A stretch of DNA of 64,000 bases from an uncultured Pseudomonadota bacterium (GCA_963847705.1 CAWKBC010000029.1:288001-352000), one strand, 5' to 3'. Shown: positions 19,063-28,939, counted from the stretch's first letter. Numbers and translations: made by a program. Notes: generated by a model from the sequence alone, not told the origin.

Positions 19063-21051
19063 TCAGACGCTGATCCGCGCGATCGGGCGGATCTGCGCTT
19101 CGGGCGCCAGCTCCTGAAACGAGAGGACCGGCAGGTCGGGATGCTCGGTCTCGATCAGGCGGCGGACGTAGCGGCGGATCTCGGCGCCGGTGAGCAACAC
19201 GGCGCCGCCGGTGGCGCCCGGCCCCACGGCCCGGCCGATGGCGGCGACGATGTCGTGCGACAGCTGGGGCTCGAGCGCCAGGTAGCTGCCGGTGGCGGTC
19301 TTCTGCACCGAGTCGCGGATGGCGTCCTCGATCATCGGATCGAGGAGATAGGCGGCCAGCGCCCCGGCGTCACCGGTGTGGCGGTGGGTGATCACGCGCC
19401 GGAGCGCGGCGCGCACGTGCTCGGTGAGGGCCACCGGATCGCGATCGTGCGGCGCCCATTCGGCGAGCGCGCCCAGGATGTCGCGGAGGTTGCGCAGCGA
19501 GATCCCCTCCTCGACCAGGCGGCGCGCGATGTCGGTGAAGAGCACCAGCGAGACCAGCTTGGGGACCACCTCGCGGACCAGCGCCGGGTGCGTGCGCTCG
19601 AGCGCGTCGAGCAGCGCCTGCGCCTCCTCCAGCCCGAACAGCTCGTGGCCGTAACGGCGAAGGAGGGCCAACGCCTCGTCGCCCAGGCGCGCGCCGGCCA
19701 CGCCCCAGTCGGCGCGCGCGAGCTCGCCGCGGACGAGCGGGACCTCGTTGAGCCGGATGACGAAGGCCCCCTCAGCCAGCCCGCCGGCGCCGACGCGCAG
19801 CCGCACCGCCGGCAGCGGCAGCCCCAGCTCGGCGAACAGCCGCTCACGCAGCCGCGGCACGACCTCGGTCGCGAAGCCCTCGAGGTAGGCGCCGAGCGCC
19901 GCCGACACTTCGACCGCGATCGGCGTCAGCAGCGGCGACAGCAGGGCCTCGTCGGCGGCCGCCCCGCGCGGCGCCCCGGCGCGAGCGCCGGCGGCGCCCT
20001 CCACCCTGGCCGCCCCTGCCGCGGCCAGCGTCTCCGCCGCCGGCGCAGCGGTGCGCAGCAGCCTCCAGGCGACCGCGCCCAGGATCACCGCCAGCGTCAG
20101 GAACGGCACGGTGGGCAGTCCCGGGACGATCGCCAACAGCGCCAGGAGCCCGGCCGCGATGGCCAGCGCCTTCGGCTGCGCCATGATCTGCAGTCCGATG
20201 TCGCGCCCGAGGTGGCCCCCCTCCTCCTCCGACGCCACCCGCGTGACGATGATGCCCGCCGACGTCGAGATGATGAGCGCCGGGATCTGCGCCACCAGCC
20301 CCTCGCCGATGGTGAGCACGGTGTAGGTGCGCGCCGCGGCCGACGCGTCGAGGCCGCGCTGCACGATGCCGATGACCAGGCCACCCACGATGTTGACCGC
20401 CAGGACGACGATGCCGGCGATGGCGTCCCCTTTGACGAACTTCATGGCGCCGTCCATCGACCCGAACAGCTGCGACTCGCGGGCCAGCGCCGCGCGGCGC
20501 CGGCGGGCCTCGTTGTGGTCGATGTGGCCGGCGCGCAGCTCCGCGTCGATCGACATCTGCTTGCCCGGCATCGCGTCGAGGGTGAAGCGCGCCGCCACCT
20601 CGGCGACGCGCTCCGAGCCCTTGGAGACCACCAGGAACTGGATCATCGTGAGGATCAGGAAGATCACCGCGCCGACGACCAGGTTGCCGGCGACCACGAA
20701 GTTGCCGAAGGCGCGAATGACCTCGCCGGCGTCGGCGCGCAGCAGGATGAGGCGCGTGGCGGAGACCTCCAGGGCCAGCCGGAACAGCGTGGTCAACAGC
20801 AGCAAGGTCGGGAAGGTCGCGATCTTCAGCGCGTCGCTGACATAGATGGCGACCAGCAACAGGGTCACCGCCGCCGCGATGTTCACCGAGATGAGCAGGT
20901 CGAGCAGCGGCGTCGGCAGCGGCACGATCATCATCCCGACGATGGCGACGACCAGTCCCGCCAGCGCCAGATCGGCGTAGCGCGACAAGAGGCCCCTCAC
21001 GTCCCCTGCCCGCAGGAGGCTCATCGCCCCGGCCATCCGCTTCGCCGCCAC
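19063..21051 (-). CDS. sctV: Type III secretion export gate protein, FHIPEP family (SctV-like)
   Basis: FPTLLLLTTLFRLAL, KGSERVAEVAARFTLDAMPGKQMSIDA, GSMDGAMKFVKGDAIAG and VLSFQEL. Confidence 0.9.
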   Translation of the reverse strand: MAAKRMAGAMSLLRAGDVRGLLSRYADLALAGLVVAIVGMMIVPLPTPLLDLLISVNIAAAVTLLLVAIYVSDALKIATFPTLLLLTTLFRLALEVSATRLILLRADAGEVIRAFGNFVVAGNLVVGAVIFLILTMIQFLVVSKGSERVAEVAARFTLDAMPGKQMSIDAELRAGHIDHNEARRRRAALARESQLFGSMDGAMKFVKGDAIAGIVVLAVNIVGGLVIGIVQRGLDASAAARTYTVLTIGEGLVAQIPALIISTSAGIIVTRVASEEEGGHLGRDIGLQIMAQPKALAIAAGLLALLAIVPGLPTVPFLTLAVILGAVAWRLLRTAAPAAETLAAAGAARVEGAAGARAGAPRGAAADEALLSPLLTPIAVEVSAALGAYLEGFATEVVPRLRERLFAELGLPLPAVRLRVGAGGLAEGAFVIRLNEVPLVRGELARADWGVAGARLGDEALALLRRYGHELFGLEEAQALLDALERTHPALVREVVPKLVSLVLFTDIARRLVEEGISLRNLRDILGALAEWAPHDRDPVALTEHVRAALRRVITHRHTGDAGALAAYLLDPMIEDAIRDSVQKTATGSYLALEPQLSHDIVAAIGRAVGPGATGGAVLLTGAEIRRYVRRLIETEHPDLPVLSFQELAPEAQIRPIARISV

Positions 21052-21058
21052 GAAACAG

Positions 21059-21088
21059 GAGATAGACCGGGCGCCGACCGTTGGTCAA
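21059..21088 (-). promoter_or_regulatory. Candidate sigma70 promoter for sctV
   Basis: TTGACC-N18-TATCTC, then 7 nt to GTG 21051. Confidence 0.4.
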
Positions 21089-21134
21089 GCGCGTCGTGCC
21101 GGGCGCGCGCCGGGTGTCGGCTACGCGCCGGCCG

Positions 21135-22781
21135 TCAGGGCCGGCAGTAGATCAGGAATCGGCTCGGAAGGTCGCTGTCGGTGAAACAGCGCGGCCATCC
21201 CAGGAAGGCCAGCGGCCCGTGCGCGTCGGCGGACGAGGTCGAGAGCCTGTCGGCGTAGCCGGAAAGACCGCTGTCCGCCATGTCGATGACGACCTTGCTG
21301 ATCCCGCGCTGACGCATGAATCCCAGCAGATCACCCGAGGGGATCCCGAACCAGACCAACCAGCGCGGGTCGAGCTCCGGCCGGGGCACGTCCCAGGTGG
21401 AGTAGTAGCTCTGGAACGGCAGCGCGAAGCTCTCGCCGGGCCTGAGGTGCTGCGACAGCCAGAGTGACGTCTCGTGCGCTGGCGGGTCGATCGCGTAGAA
21501 CCGGCGCGGATCGCCGCTGATGCCGGGCACCGCCCAGGCCAGGCGCAGCGCCAACCACAGGGAGACGGCCCCCAGCAGCGGCGCTCCGGCCGGCAGCCCC
21601 GGGAACCGCGCTGCGCTCCAGGCCTCGAGGCAGGGCCAGAACCGAGCGCTCGCTTCGTGAACCGCGAAGGGAAGCAGCAACACCACGTAGGGAAGGACGT
21701 AGCGCACCTGCGGTTCGGGCGCGCCGCTGGCCGCCAGCGCCAGCGCCGCGCCGTAGAACGCCACCGTCGAAAGCACCGCCACGAGCTCGGTCCGTCGGCC
21801 GGCCCGCCAGCGACGCCGCAGACCGAGGAACGCCAGCGCCATCACGCCGAGACCGGTCACCACCCGCGCCGGAATGTTCACCGCGCCGAAGCCGGCCGCG
21901 TAGACGAAGAGCCCCACCACCTCGCCGAAGCCACGCCCCAGCTTGATCACCAGCTCCATCAGCGAATGGTGGCGGAGGTACCAGCCGAGCCCGAGCTGCG
22001 CCCGCTGGGGCGTCAGCCTCACCACCAGCGCCTGGCGCCAGCTGTCCAGCCAGACCTCGGCCGAGTTCACGTTGTAAAACGGGCTGCCCCACAGCTTCAC
22101 GTTGCGGCTCAGCAGGAAGAAACCGGTGGCGAAAAAACCGGCCGCCGCCGTGTACACCATCGGTCGCCGCCAGAGCCGTCCGCGGTGGTCGACGAGCGCC
22201 GTCACCAGCAGCGGCAGCCAGAGCAGGTGTCCGCTCCCCTTGGTGAGGAAGGCCAGGCCGATGATCCCGCCCGTCACGAACCAGCGCGCCGCTCCGCGCT
22301 CCTGCCAGCTGGCGATGGCGAAGACCGCGGCGAAGGTGAGCGCGCAGAACAACAGATCGTGCATGAGCCGCGCCCCGTAGTCGGGCAGGACCGGCATCAG
22401 ACAGAGCAGGACCACCGAGCCGACGGCCACCGCCGGCGAGAAGACGCGCCGGACCACCATCCCCACGATCACCACCAGCAAGAGCGCCGTGGCGAGCTCG
22501 ACCAGCTTGGCGCGCGCGAAGTCGCTCGGCGTGCCGTCGAGGAACGGCGCCAGGAGCAGCTGGTACAGCGGGGGGTGGTTGTCCTCCTTGCAGCGCCCGG
22601 CCAGGTAGCAACCGACCTGGGCGCGAAGGCCGCCCTCGTGCGCCATCGCGCGCCCGAGCGCCAGATAGCTCACCTCGTCGTAGCGCGGGTAGAGCCGGGT
22701 CGCGGAGATCCGGAGCGTCTGCGCCACCAGCATCCCGACGGCCAGCGCGACCAGCAGGACGGCGGCGCGCCGGCCGGTCAT
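21135..22781 (-). CDS. ArnT/GT39-like (GT-C) membrane glycosyltransferase
   Basis: YDEVSYL, HPPLY, AFLTKG and RYVLP; multiple TM helices. ATGA-coupled to the GT2 gene. Confidence 0.82.
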   Translation of the reverse strand: MTGRRAAVLLVALAVGMLVAQTLRISATRLYPRYDEVSYLALGRAMAHEGGLRAQVGCYLAGRCKEDNHPPLYQLLLAPFLDGTPSDFARAKLVELATALLLVVIVGMVVRRVFSPAVAVGSVVLLCLMPVLPDYGARLMHDLLFCALTFAAVFAIASWQERGAARWFVTGGIIGLAFLTKGSGHLLWLPLLVTALVDHRGRLWRRPMVYTAAAGFFATGFFLLSRNVKLWGSPFYNVNSAEVWLDSWRQALVVRLTPQRAQLGLGWYLRHHSLMELVIKLGRGFGEVVGLFVYAAGFGAVNIPARVVTGLGVMALAFLGLRRRWRAGRRTELVAVLSTVAFYGAALALAASGAPEPQVRYVLPYVVLLLPFAVHEASARFWPCLEAWSAARFPGLPAGAPLLGAVSLWLALRLAWAVPGISGDPRRFYAIDPPAHETSLWLSQHLRPGESFALPFQSYYSTWDVPRPELDPRWLVWFGIPSGDLLGFMRQRGISKVVIDMADSGLSGYADRLSTSSADAHGPLAFLGWPRCFTDSDLPSRFLIYCRP

Positions 22782-23515
22782 CGGCGTTCGGACTTCGGGC
22801 GCCAGGTCCGGTAGCGCGCCAGCGCCCACAGCGCGGCCAGCCCATCGCGCACGCCGATCTTCTTGCCGTCCTCGAACGAGCGCGGGCGATAGGTGATCGG
22901 CACCTCGACGATCTCGATGCCGCTGCGCAGGAGCTTGGCCGTCACCTCGGGTTCCCAGTCGAACCGATCGTGCTCGATGGTGATCGCGCGGATCACCTCG
23001 GTGCGGAAGCACTTGTAACAGGTGGGCGCATCGGTGAGGCGGGTGCCGTAAAGCAGGTTGGCGAACTCCGTGACGATGCGGCCGCCCAGGTAGGCGCTCC
23101 GGTAGGCCCGCCTGTGGCGGCGGACCATGTTCTTGCCGAACTCCTTCTCGTAGCCGAGCAGCCGCGACCCATAGACGACCTTCGCGCGCCCGTTGCAGAG
23201 CGGCGGCAGCAGCGCCAGGTAGTCCTGGGGGTCGTACTCGAGGTCGGCGTCCTGGATCAGGATGAGCTCTCCGCTGGCCTGCGCGATGCCGTGCCGCACG
23301 GCCGCGCCCTTGCCACGGTTGGCCCCGAATTCGTGGACCGTCACGCCGGACTGGGCACGCGACAGGGCCACGGTGGCGTCGGTCGAACCGTCGCTGACGA
23401 CGAGGATCTCTCGCTCGAGCCCCAGGCAACCGAGGTCGACCTCCCTCACGGCATCCAACAGCGCAACGATCGTGCGCTCCTCATTGAACGCCGGGACGAT
23501 GATCGACAGCTTCAC
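22778..23515 (-). CDS. GT2 polyprenol-phosphate glycosyltransferase (DPM1-like)
   Basis: SIIVPAFNEE, DGSTD, NRGKGAA, QDADLEYDP and EVPITY. Confidence 0.92.
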   Translation of the reverse strand: MKLSIIVPAFNEERTIVALLDAVREVDLGCLGLEREILVVSDGSTDATVALSRAQSGVTVHEFGANRGKGAAVRHGIAQASGELILIQDADLEYDPQDYLALLPPLCNGRAKVVYGSRLLGYEKEFGKNMVRRHRRAYRSAYLGGRIVTEFANLLYGTRLTDAPTCYKCFRTEVIRAITIEHDRFDWEPEVTAKLLRSGIEIVEVPITYRPRSFEDGKKIGVRDGLAALWALARYRTWRPKSERR

Positions 23516-23617
23516 GCGGACGCGCGGTTGTAGCGGTTTTCGGCTTGGCTGTCACCCGTGACTCGGCGCACGGCCTGCCGGATGGCGGGCCGCCGGAGCC
23601 CGAGCGCGGACCGCGGC

Positions 23618-23836
23618 TTACCAGCCGAACCGGACGGCGACCCAGAGCAGCGCCAGGAGACCGACCGCCACCAGCACGTTCGCCAGCACGCCCGGGACGA
23701 AGTACGGGTAGATGAGCATGGCGAGCCCGACGACGATCTGGGGGACGCGCGCAAACTTGCGTCCGTAGTTCAGCAGGATGAACCCGACCGACGAGACGAT
23801 CAGCGACGCGATGATCCAGCCGGGTTCCAGGCTCAC
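23618..23836 (-). CDS. Small membrane protein (three TM helices)
   Basis: YGRK...GLAMLIYPYFV. TATACT 6 nt before the GTG. Confidence 0.75.
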   Translation of the reverse strand: MSLEPGWIIASLIVSSVGFILLNYGRKFARVPQIVVGLAMLIYPYFVPGVLANVLVAVGLLALLWVAVRFGW

Positions 23837-23957
23837 CGATTGAGTATAGCGCGCCGCGGGCGAATCGACCGCCTGGAGCCGGACTGGGCCGCCCATCGGG
23901 CGGCACGTCGTCGGGCATGGCTCGCTTCGCTCACCGTAGCCTTTCGGCGACGCCCTT

Positions 23958-24419
23958 CTAGGCCATCCAGCGGGGAAACCGCGCCCGCAGCGCCGCGTCG
24001 AGACCGAGCACCCGGCCCGGCGGCGCCAGGATGAAAATGACGAAGATCGCCCCCATGAGGAGCGCGTTGCCGGGCGGCACCAGCCCTTGACCGCTGGCGA
24101 AGGTGATCGAAAACAGCAGCAGCGCGCCGAGAAAGGCGAAGAGCCGGGTGAGAATCCCCAGCAGCATCGAGAGCCCGATCGACAGCTCGCCGAAGGTGAT
24201 GAGCGCGCCGAAGATCTTGGGATGCGTGCGCGCCGACTGGACCACCGGGACGAAGAACGGGTAGGTCTTGGCCGCCTCCATCCAGCCGTCGAGCATGCCG
24301 AGGAGCGGCGTGCCGTGCAGCCAGCCGTGCTGCAGCTTCCCCCACCCTTCGAGGAGGAGGATCAAACCGCAGAGAAGCCGCAGCGGGACCAGGAACCCGA
24401 GCGGAACGCGCTCACCCAT
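23958..24419 (-). CDS. DoxX/DoxD-family membrane protein
   Basis: LRLLCG...GWGK, GELSIGL, LGILTR and GLD motifs. Confidence 0.8.
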   Translation of the reverse strand: MGERVPLGFLVPLRLLCGLILLLEGWGKLQHGWLHGTPLLGMLDGWMEAAKTYPFFVPVVQSARTHPKIFGALITFGELSIGLSMLLGILTRLFAFLGALLLFSITFASGQGLVPPGNALLMGAIFVIFILAPPGRVLGLDAALRARFPRWMA

Positions 24420-24544
24420 GCTCTGACCTTAGCGGGTCGTGGGGCGCCTGCAAGTTGTTGCCGCAGGTGACACCCGAAGGGAAGCAGGCCGAGGGGGCAA
24501 CAGTCAGGGTGCACCCGCCGTCGTCCCGGTGTTAACGTCCGGGC

Positions 24545-25537
24545 GTGACGGAAACCAAGCGACCGAGCAGTCCGGCGGCGGAAGAGATCCTGGGGCTGTA
24601 TTTTCCGGTGCTCGATCACGGCTTCGTGTCGCTGGTCGATTACATGGGGACCGACGAGTGCGTCGAGCGCGCGGCGCGCGTCAGCTACGGCTACGGCACG
24701 CGGCAGCGCAGCGCCACCCGGGGCCTGCTGCGCTACCTGCGGCGCCACAAACACACCACGCCCAGCGAGATGGTGGAGCTGAAGTTCCACTGCTGCATGC
24801 CCATGTTCATCGCGCGGCAATGGATCCGCCATCGCACGGCCAACGTGAACGAGTACTCCGGGCGCTACTCGCTGATGCCGATGCTGTTCTACACGCCGGA
24901 CGCGGCACAGCTGCAGACGCAGAGCCGCCAGAACAACCAGGGGCGCAGCGGGCAGACGGTCGACCCCGGCGTCCACGCCGAGGCGCTCCGGCGGTGGGAA
25001 TCGATCCGCCGCGAGAGCACCGAGACCTACTCGTGGCTGACCGGGAACGAGGTCGCGCGCGAGCTGGCCCGCATCGATCTGCCGCTGTCGACCTACACCC
25101 AGTGGTACTGGAAGATCGATCTGCACAACCTGCTGCACTTCCTGACGTTGCGGGTGGACGCCCACGCGCAGTGGGAGATTCAAGAGTTCGGCCGGGTGAT
25201 GGCCGGGATGCTCAAGCGCGTGGCGCCGCTGTCGTACGAGGCCTGGATCGACTACGACGTCTGCGGGACGCACGTCTCGCGGGGCGAGCTCGATTCGTTG
25301 CGCGCGCTGGTCAAGGTGGAGAACGACGGCCTCACCTCGGTGAGCGGCCGGCTCGATCGCGCGGCGCTCGCCGAACGGAACCTCTCCAAGCGCGAGATCG
25401 ACGAGCTCTTCGCCAAGCTGGCGCCGCCGCCGGCGGTCCCCGACTTCAACCTCGATCCCGCCGACGCCCGCCCCGCCGAGCACTTCGCCCAGCGCTTCGC
25501 CGCGGCGGTCCCGAGCGGCGAGAGACCGGCCGAATAG
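24545..25537 (+). CDS. thyX: FAD-dependent thymidylate synthase
   Basis: AARVSY, HTTPSE, RQWIRHRTANVNEYSGRY and HAQWEI. Confidence 0.96.
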   Translation: MTETKRPSSPAAEEILGLYFPVLDHGFVSLVDYMGTDECVERAARVSYGYGTRQRSATRGLLRYLRRHKHTTPSEMVELKFHCCMPMFIARQWIRHRTANVNEYSGRYSLMPMLFYTPDAAQLQTQSRQNNQGRSGQTVDPGVHAEALRRWESIRRESTETYSWLTGNEVARELARIDLPLSTYTQWYWKIDLHNLLHFLTLRVDAHAQWEIQEFGRVMAGMLKRVAPLSYEAWIDYDVCGTHVSRGELDSLRALVKVENDGLTSVSGRLDRAALAERNLSKREIDELFAKLAPPPAVPDFNLDPADARPAEHFAQRFAAAVPSGERPAE

Positions 25538-25569
25538 CCCGCGCGAATAGCCGGCGCGAATAGCCCGCG
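25531..25569. repeat. 3 x 13-bp tandem repeat containing the thyX stop codon
   Basis: CGAATAGCC(C/G)GCG at 25531, 25544 and 25557. Confidence 0.9.
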
Positions 25570-25570
25570 C

Positions 25571-26218
25571 TCACTGCGCCAGGCAGTTTTGGCGAGGCGT
25601 GGCACAGTCGGTTTGAAAGCAGCTGTTGCAGTCCGGCCCGCTGGTGCCGGAGCAGGCGGTGGCGCACTTGTCGGAGGCGCACGAGTTGATCGCCAGCAGC
25701 AGGCCCGCCACCGTCGGTGAAGCCGACGTCGCGCACGCGCACTTGCACGCGGCGCCCGAGCTGTTGGTGTTGCACGTCCCCTCGCAGGTATCGGTCGCGG
25801 CGCAGGTCGCCGACCCGGTCGGGACGCCCCCTCCGCCCGGGCAATCGGTCGATGCGGTGGCCTGGAAGTAGCACAGGGCCAGCGCGTTGCAGTCCGTGCC
25901 CGCGGCGCCGACACAACTCTTGTAGCTGGCGCTGCCGGCCGCGCATTCCGTTTCGCAGCTCGCGCTGGTGGTGACGCCGCACGACACGAACGCCGCGCAG
26001 ACAGCGGTACAGAGCGCCTGATCGTTCGCGCCGCCCGCGCCGCCGCTGCCCGGCGCACCGCCGGCGCTTCCACCCGGCCCCCCGGTCCCGGCGCCACCTT
26101 GGCCCCCGCCGGCCGAAGGGCTCCCCCCGGTGCCTCCATCGAGCGACCCCGTCTTGCCCCCGCTGGAACAGGCGGAAACGAGGAGCACCACCACCAACAA
26201 CGCACGCGTCATTTCCAT
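25571..26218 (-). CDS. Cys-rich lipoprotein with Gly-rich linker
   Basis: Lipobox LVSAC, Gly/Ala linker, many CxxxC motifs. Confidence 0.8.
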   Translation of the reverse strand: MEMTRALLVVVLLVSACSSGGKTGSLDGGTGGSPSAGGGQGGAGTGGPGGSAGGAPGSGGAGGANDQALCTAVCAAFVSCGVTTSASCETECAAGSASYKSCVGAAGTDCNALALCYFQATASTDCPGGGGVPTGSATCAATDTCEGTCNTNSSGAACKCACATSASPTVAGLLLAINSCASDKCATACSGTSGPDCNSCFQTDCATPRQNCLAQ

Positions 26219-26431
26219 CGTCTATCGTGATTGATCTGCGGGTGACAAGAGACTTTGGTCATCCCCCCGAGGCGCCGGCTCGAGAGACCGAAGGCTCGTC
26301 CGCGGTCTTCATCGCCACGAAACAATTCGAGCACGAGCCGCTTCCGTGACTCGGACCGGACCTCCACCGTGTCGCTGCGGCGACACCGGGGTCTCTTTTG
26401 CCCCGCCTTGGCGCAGCCCCCGTCAGCCCGA

Positions 26432-27283
26432 CTAGATCGCGACGAGCTCGCGGACCACGAACCCGCCGTCCTTGTCGACGCCCAGGCGACCGGCCGCGTG
26501 ATCGTGGTCGTGGCCCCAGACGAGGAGCCAGTCCTCGGCCAGCGCGCGGGTGAAGAGCGACCGCTTGGTCTCGACGTTGCGGGCCGGCTCCAGATCGTAG
26601 GCCATCACCCAGGGGAGCCGCACGTGCACGGCCGTCGGCACGGCGTCGCCCAGGAACAGCGCCTTCGGTCCGTCCGGCTGGCCAATGAGGATCGACTGGT
26701 GCCCGGCGGTGTGGCCGGGCGTCGGGATGACACGCACGCCGGGCGCGATCTCGGTCTCGCCGTCGACCAGCTGGAGCAACCCCGCCTCGCCGAGCGGGCC
26801 GACGTTCTCTTGCAGGTAGCTGGCGCGGTTGCGCTCGTGCGGGTGCGTGGCGTCCTGCCACTCGCGCCGCTGGACGACGTGGCGCGCCCTGCGAAACAGG
26901 GGCTCGAAGCCCCCGGACGCCGTCCGGCGCGTGGTCCCGCCGCTGTGGTCGAAGTGCAGGTGGGTCATCACCACCGTGTCGATGTCGTCGGGCTCGAGGC
27001 CCACCTCTTTCAGGGCCACGCCGATCGCGCGGTCGTGGTCGATGCCGTAGATCTCCTTCAGCTTGGGCGGGAACTTGTCGCCGTTGCCGGTCTCGATCAG
27101 CACGCGCCGGTCACCGACCTCCACCAGCAGGCAGCGCGTGCTGTACTGGCAGCGGTTGAGCGCGTCGCAGGAGACCAGCTTCGACCAGAGCGTCTTCGGC
27201 ACCACCCCGTGCATGGCGCCACCGTCGAGGCGGAAGCTGCCCCCCTCCAGCGAGGTCAACCGCGCGTCACCGAGCGTGAGCAT
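26432..27283 (-). CDS. MBL-fold metallo-hydrolase (YtnP-like)
   Basis: LDGGAMHGVVPK, THLHFDHSGG and TPGHTAGH. Confidence 0.9.
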   Translation of the reverse strand: MLTLGDARLTSLEGGSFRLDGGAMHGVVPKTLWSKLVSCDALNRCQYSTRCLLVEVGDRRVLIETGNGDKFPPKLKEIYGIDHDRAIGVALKEVGLEPDDIDTVVMTHLHFDHSGGTTRRTASGGFEPLFRRARHVVQRREWQDATHPHERNRASYLQENVGPLGEAGLLQLVDGETEIAPGVRVIPTPGHTAGHQSILIGQPDGPKALFLGDAVPTAVHVRLPWVMAYDLEPARNVETKRSLFTRALAEDWLLVWGHDHDHAAGRLGVDKDGGFVVRELVAI

Positions 27284-27415
27284 GTCCCGGATCTTACCGC
27301 ACGAATGACCGGCGCCACCCAGGCGGCGCGCGCCGCGCGGCAAACCAGCAGGCCGGCATTGCTCCGCTTGACGAAATGCGCCCCCTCCCCGGCCCGCGCG
27401 CGTTCGTGGTAATCG

Positions 27416-28816
27416 TTGGGCATCGTGTTGGAGGCGCCGATTCCGGCGGATGAGGCGAAGCGCCTGGCGTTGCTGGCGGCGTGCAACATCATCTACACGC
27501 CCGCCGAGCAGGCCTTCGACGACGTGGCGCGCCTGGCCGCCGATCTGTGCGGGACGGAGATCGCGCTCATCACGCTGGTCGACTCCGACTATCAGTGGTT
27601 CAAGGCGCGCGTGGGCGTCGAGCTGGTGGGCGTTCCGCGCGACCTGTCGTTCTGCGGCCACTGCATCGTCGGCCATCACCCCTTGATCGTCGAGGACACG
27701 CTGGGCGACCGGCGCTTCGCGGACAACCCGCTCGTGACCGGGGAGCCGCACATCCGGTTCTACGCGGGCGTTCCGCTGGAGATCGAGCAGGGCTCGGCGG
27801 TCGGCGCGCTCTCGGTGGCCGATCGCGCGCCCCGCACGCTGACCGAGCGGCAGCTCGAATCGCTCCGCCGGCTGGCCAAGCAGATCGCCCGCGAGCTGCG
27901 GCTTCGTCGCGACCTCGACCGAGCCCACGCGCTGACCCCGCTGCCCGAGACGCTGATGGCGCCGGGGGCTCTCATCGGCGGGCGCTGGAGCCTGGGGCGG
28001 GAGCTGGGGCGTGGGGCGGTGGGCGTGGTCTACGAGGCGCACGATCCCGACGGCGTGCGGGCGGCGGTCAAGTTCCTGCTCCCCGAGTGGCGTGCGCAAG
28101 AGGAGGTTCTCGAGCGGTTCGCCCGGGAGGCCCGCGTGCTGATGCGGCTCGACACGCCGCACGTCGGCCGGCTGCTCGACGTCGGGAATCTGGACGCCGC
28201 GCTCGGGGGCGTCCCCTATCTGGTGCTCGAATACCTCGAGGGCAAGGACCTCGGCGAGGTCATCAGCGCCGGCGGGCGGGTGGCGATCCCACAGGCGCTG
28301 CGCTGGTGCGCCGATGCCTGCGACGGCGTGGCCCAGGCCCACGACGTCGGCGTCGTCCATCGCGACATCAAGCCCTCGAACGTCTTCCTGGCCCAGACCG
28401 GCGCGGGTGCCCCGGTGGTGAAGGTCCTCGACTTCGGCCTGGCGGCCGGGGATCCCTCGCCCGAGAACACCACCAAGCTGACCGGTGAGTACGTGATCGG
28501 CTCGCCCGCCTATATGTCGCCGGAGCAAATGACGGCGTCGAGCAGCGTCGACGCGCGCAGCGACGTCTGGTCGATGGGCGCCGTGCTCTACGAGCTTCTG
28601 ACCGGTCAGGTCCCCTTCGCGGGCAACACGCCGCTCGAGATGTTCGCGGCGGTCATGACCCGCCCGCCGATTCCGCTCGCCGGCCGCTTCGAGGGCGAGC
28701 TCCCCAGGTCGGTCGACGCCATCGTGACCCGATGTCTGCGCAAGGATCGCGCGGAGCGATACCCGTCGATGCGCGCGCTGGCCAGCGAGCTGCGCGCGAG
28801 CGCGGCCGGCACGTAG
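27416..28816 (+). CDS. GAF-domain Ser/Thr protein kinase
   Basis: GAF domain (RFADNPLV, IRFYAGVPL) plus kinase motifs GRGAVG, HRDIKPSN, DFG and YMSPEQ. Confidence 0.93.
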   Translation: MGIVLEAPIPADEAKRLALLAACNIIYTPAEQAFDDVARLAADLCGTEIALITLVDSDYQWFKARVGVELVGVPRDLSFCGHCIVGHHPLIVEDTLGDRRFADNPLVTGEPHIRFYAGVPLEIEQGSAVGALSVADRAPRTLTERQLESLRRLAKQIARELRLRRDLDRAHALTPLPETLMAPGALIGGRWSLGRELGRGAVGVVYEAHDPDGVRAAVKFLLPEWRAQEEVLERFAREARVLMRLDTPHVGRLLDVGNLDAALGGVPYLVLEYLEGKDLGEVISAGGRVAIPQALRWCADACDGVAQAHDVGVVHRDIKPSNVFLAQTGAGAPVVKVLDFGLAAGDPSPENTTKLTGEYVIGSPAYMSPEQMTASSSVDARSDVWSMGAVLYELLTGQVPFAGNTPLEMFAAVMTRPPIPLAGRFEGELPRSVDAIVTRCLRKDRAERYPSMRALASELRASAAGT

Positions 28817-28939
28817 GCGCGCTGCGGCGTGGCCACGGCCGACGGCGGCGCGCCGGGGCGCGCTACGGCGTGGCCACGGCCGACGGCGGCGCGCCGGGGC
28901 GCGCTACGGCGTGGCCACGGCCGACGGCGGCGCGCCGGG
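28817..28939. repeat. 3 x 41-bp tandem repeat of the 3' end of the peptidase S11 gene
   Basis: GCGCGCT(A/G)CGGCGTGGCCACGGCCGACGGCGGCGCGCCGGG at 28817, 28858 and 28899. Confidence 0.92.

Noticed and set aside
24441-24516. Possible SRP (4.5S) RNA: hairpin with CAGG...CCCGAAGGG...AGCAG
   Set aside because: The spacing does not fit the CAGG-NNN-GNRA-NNN-AGCA helix-8 motif. The segment also lies between two divergent -10 boxes, so it is probably promoter DNA. An Rfam scan would settle it.
26219-26431. Possible riboswitch upstream of the Cys-rich lipoprotein (hairpin GTGTCGCTGCGGCGACAC)
   Set aside because: Only a single hairpin with no recognisable aptamer consensus.
28817-28939. CRISPR-like repeat array
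   Set aside because: The units are directly adjacent with no spacers, and there are no cas genes.
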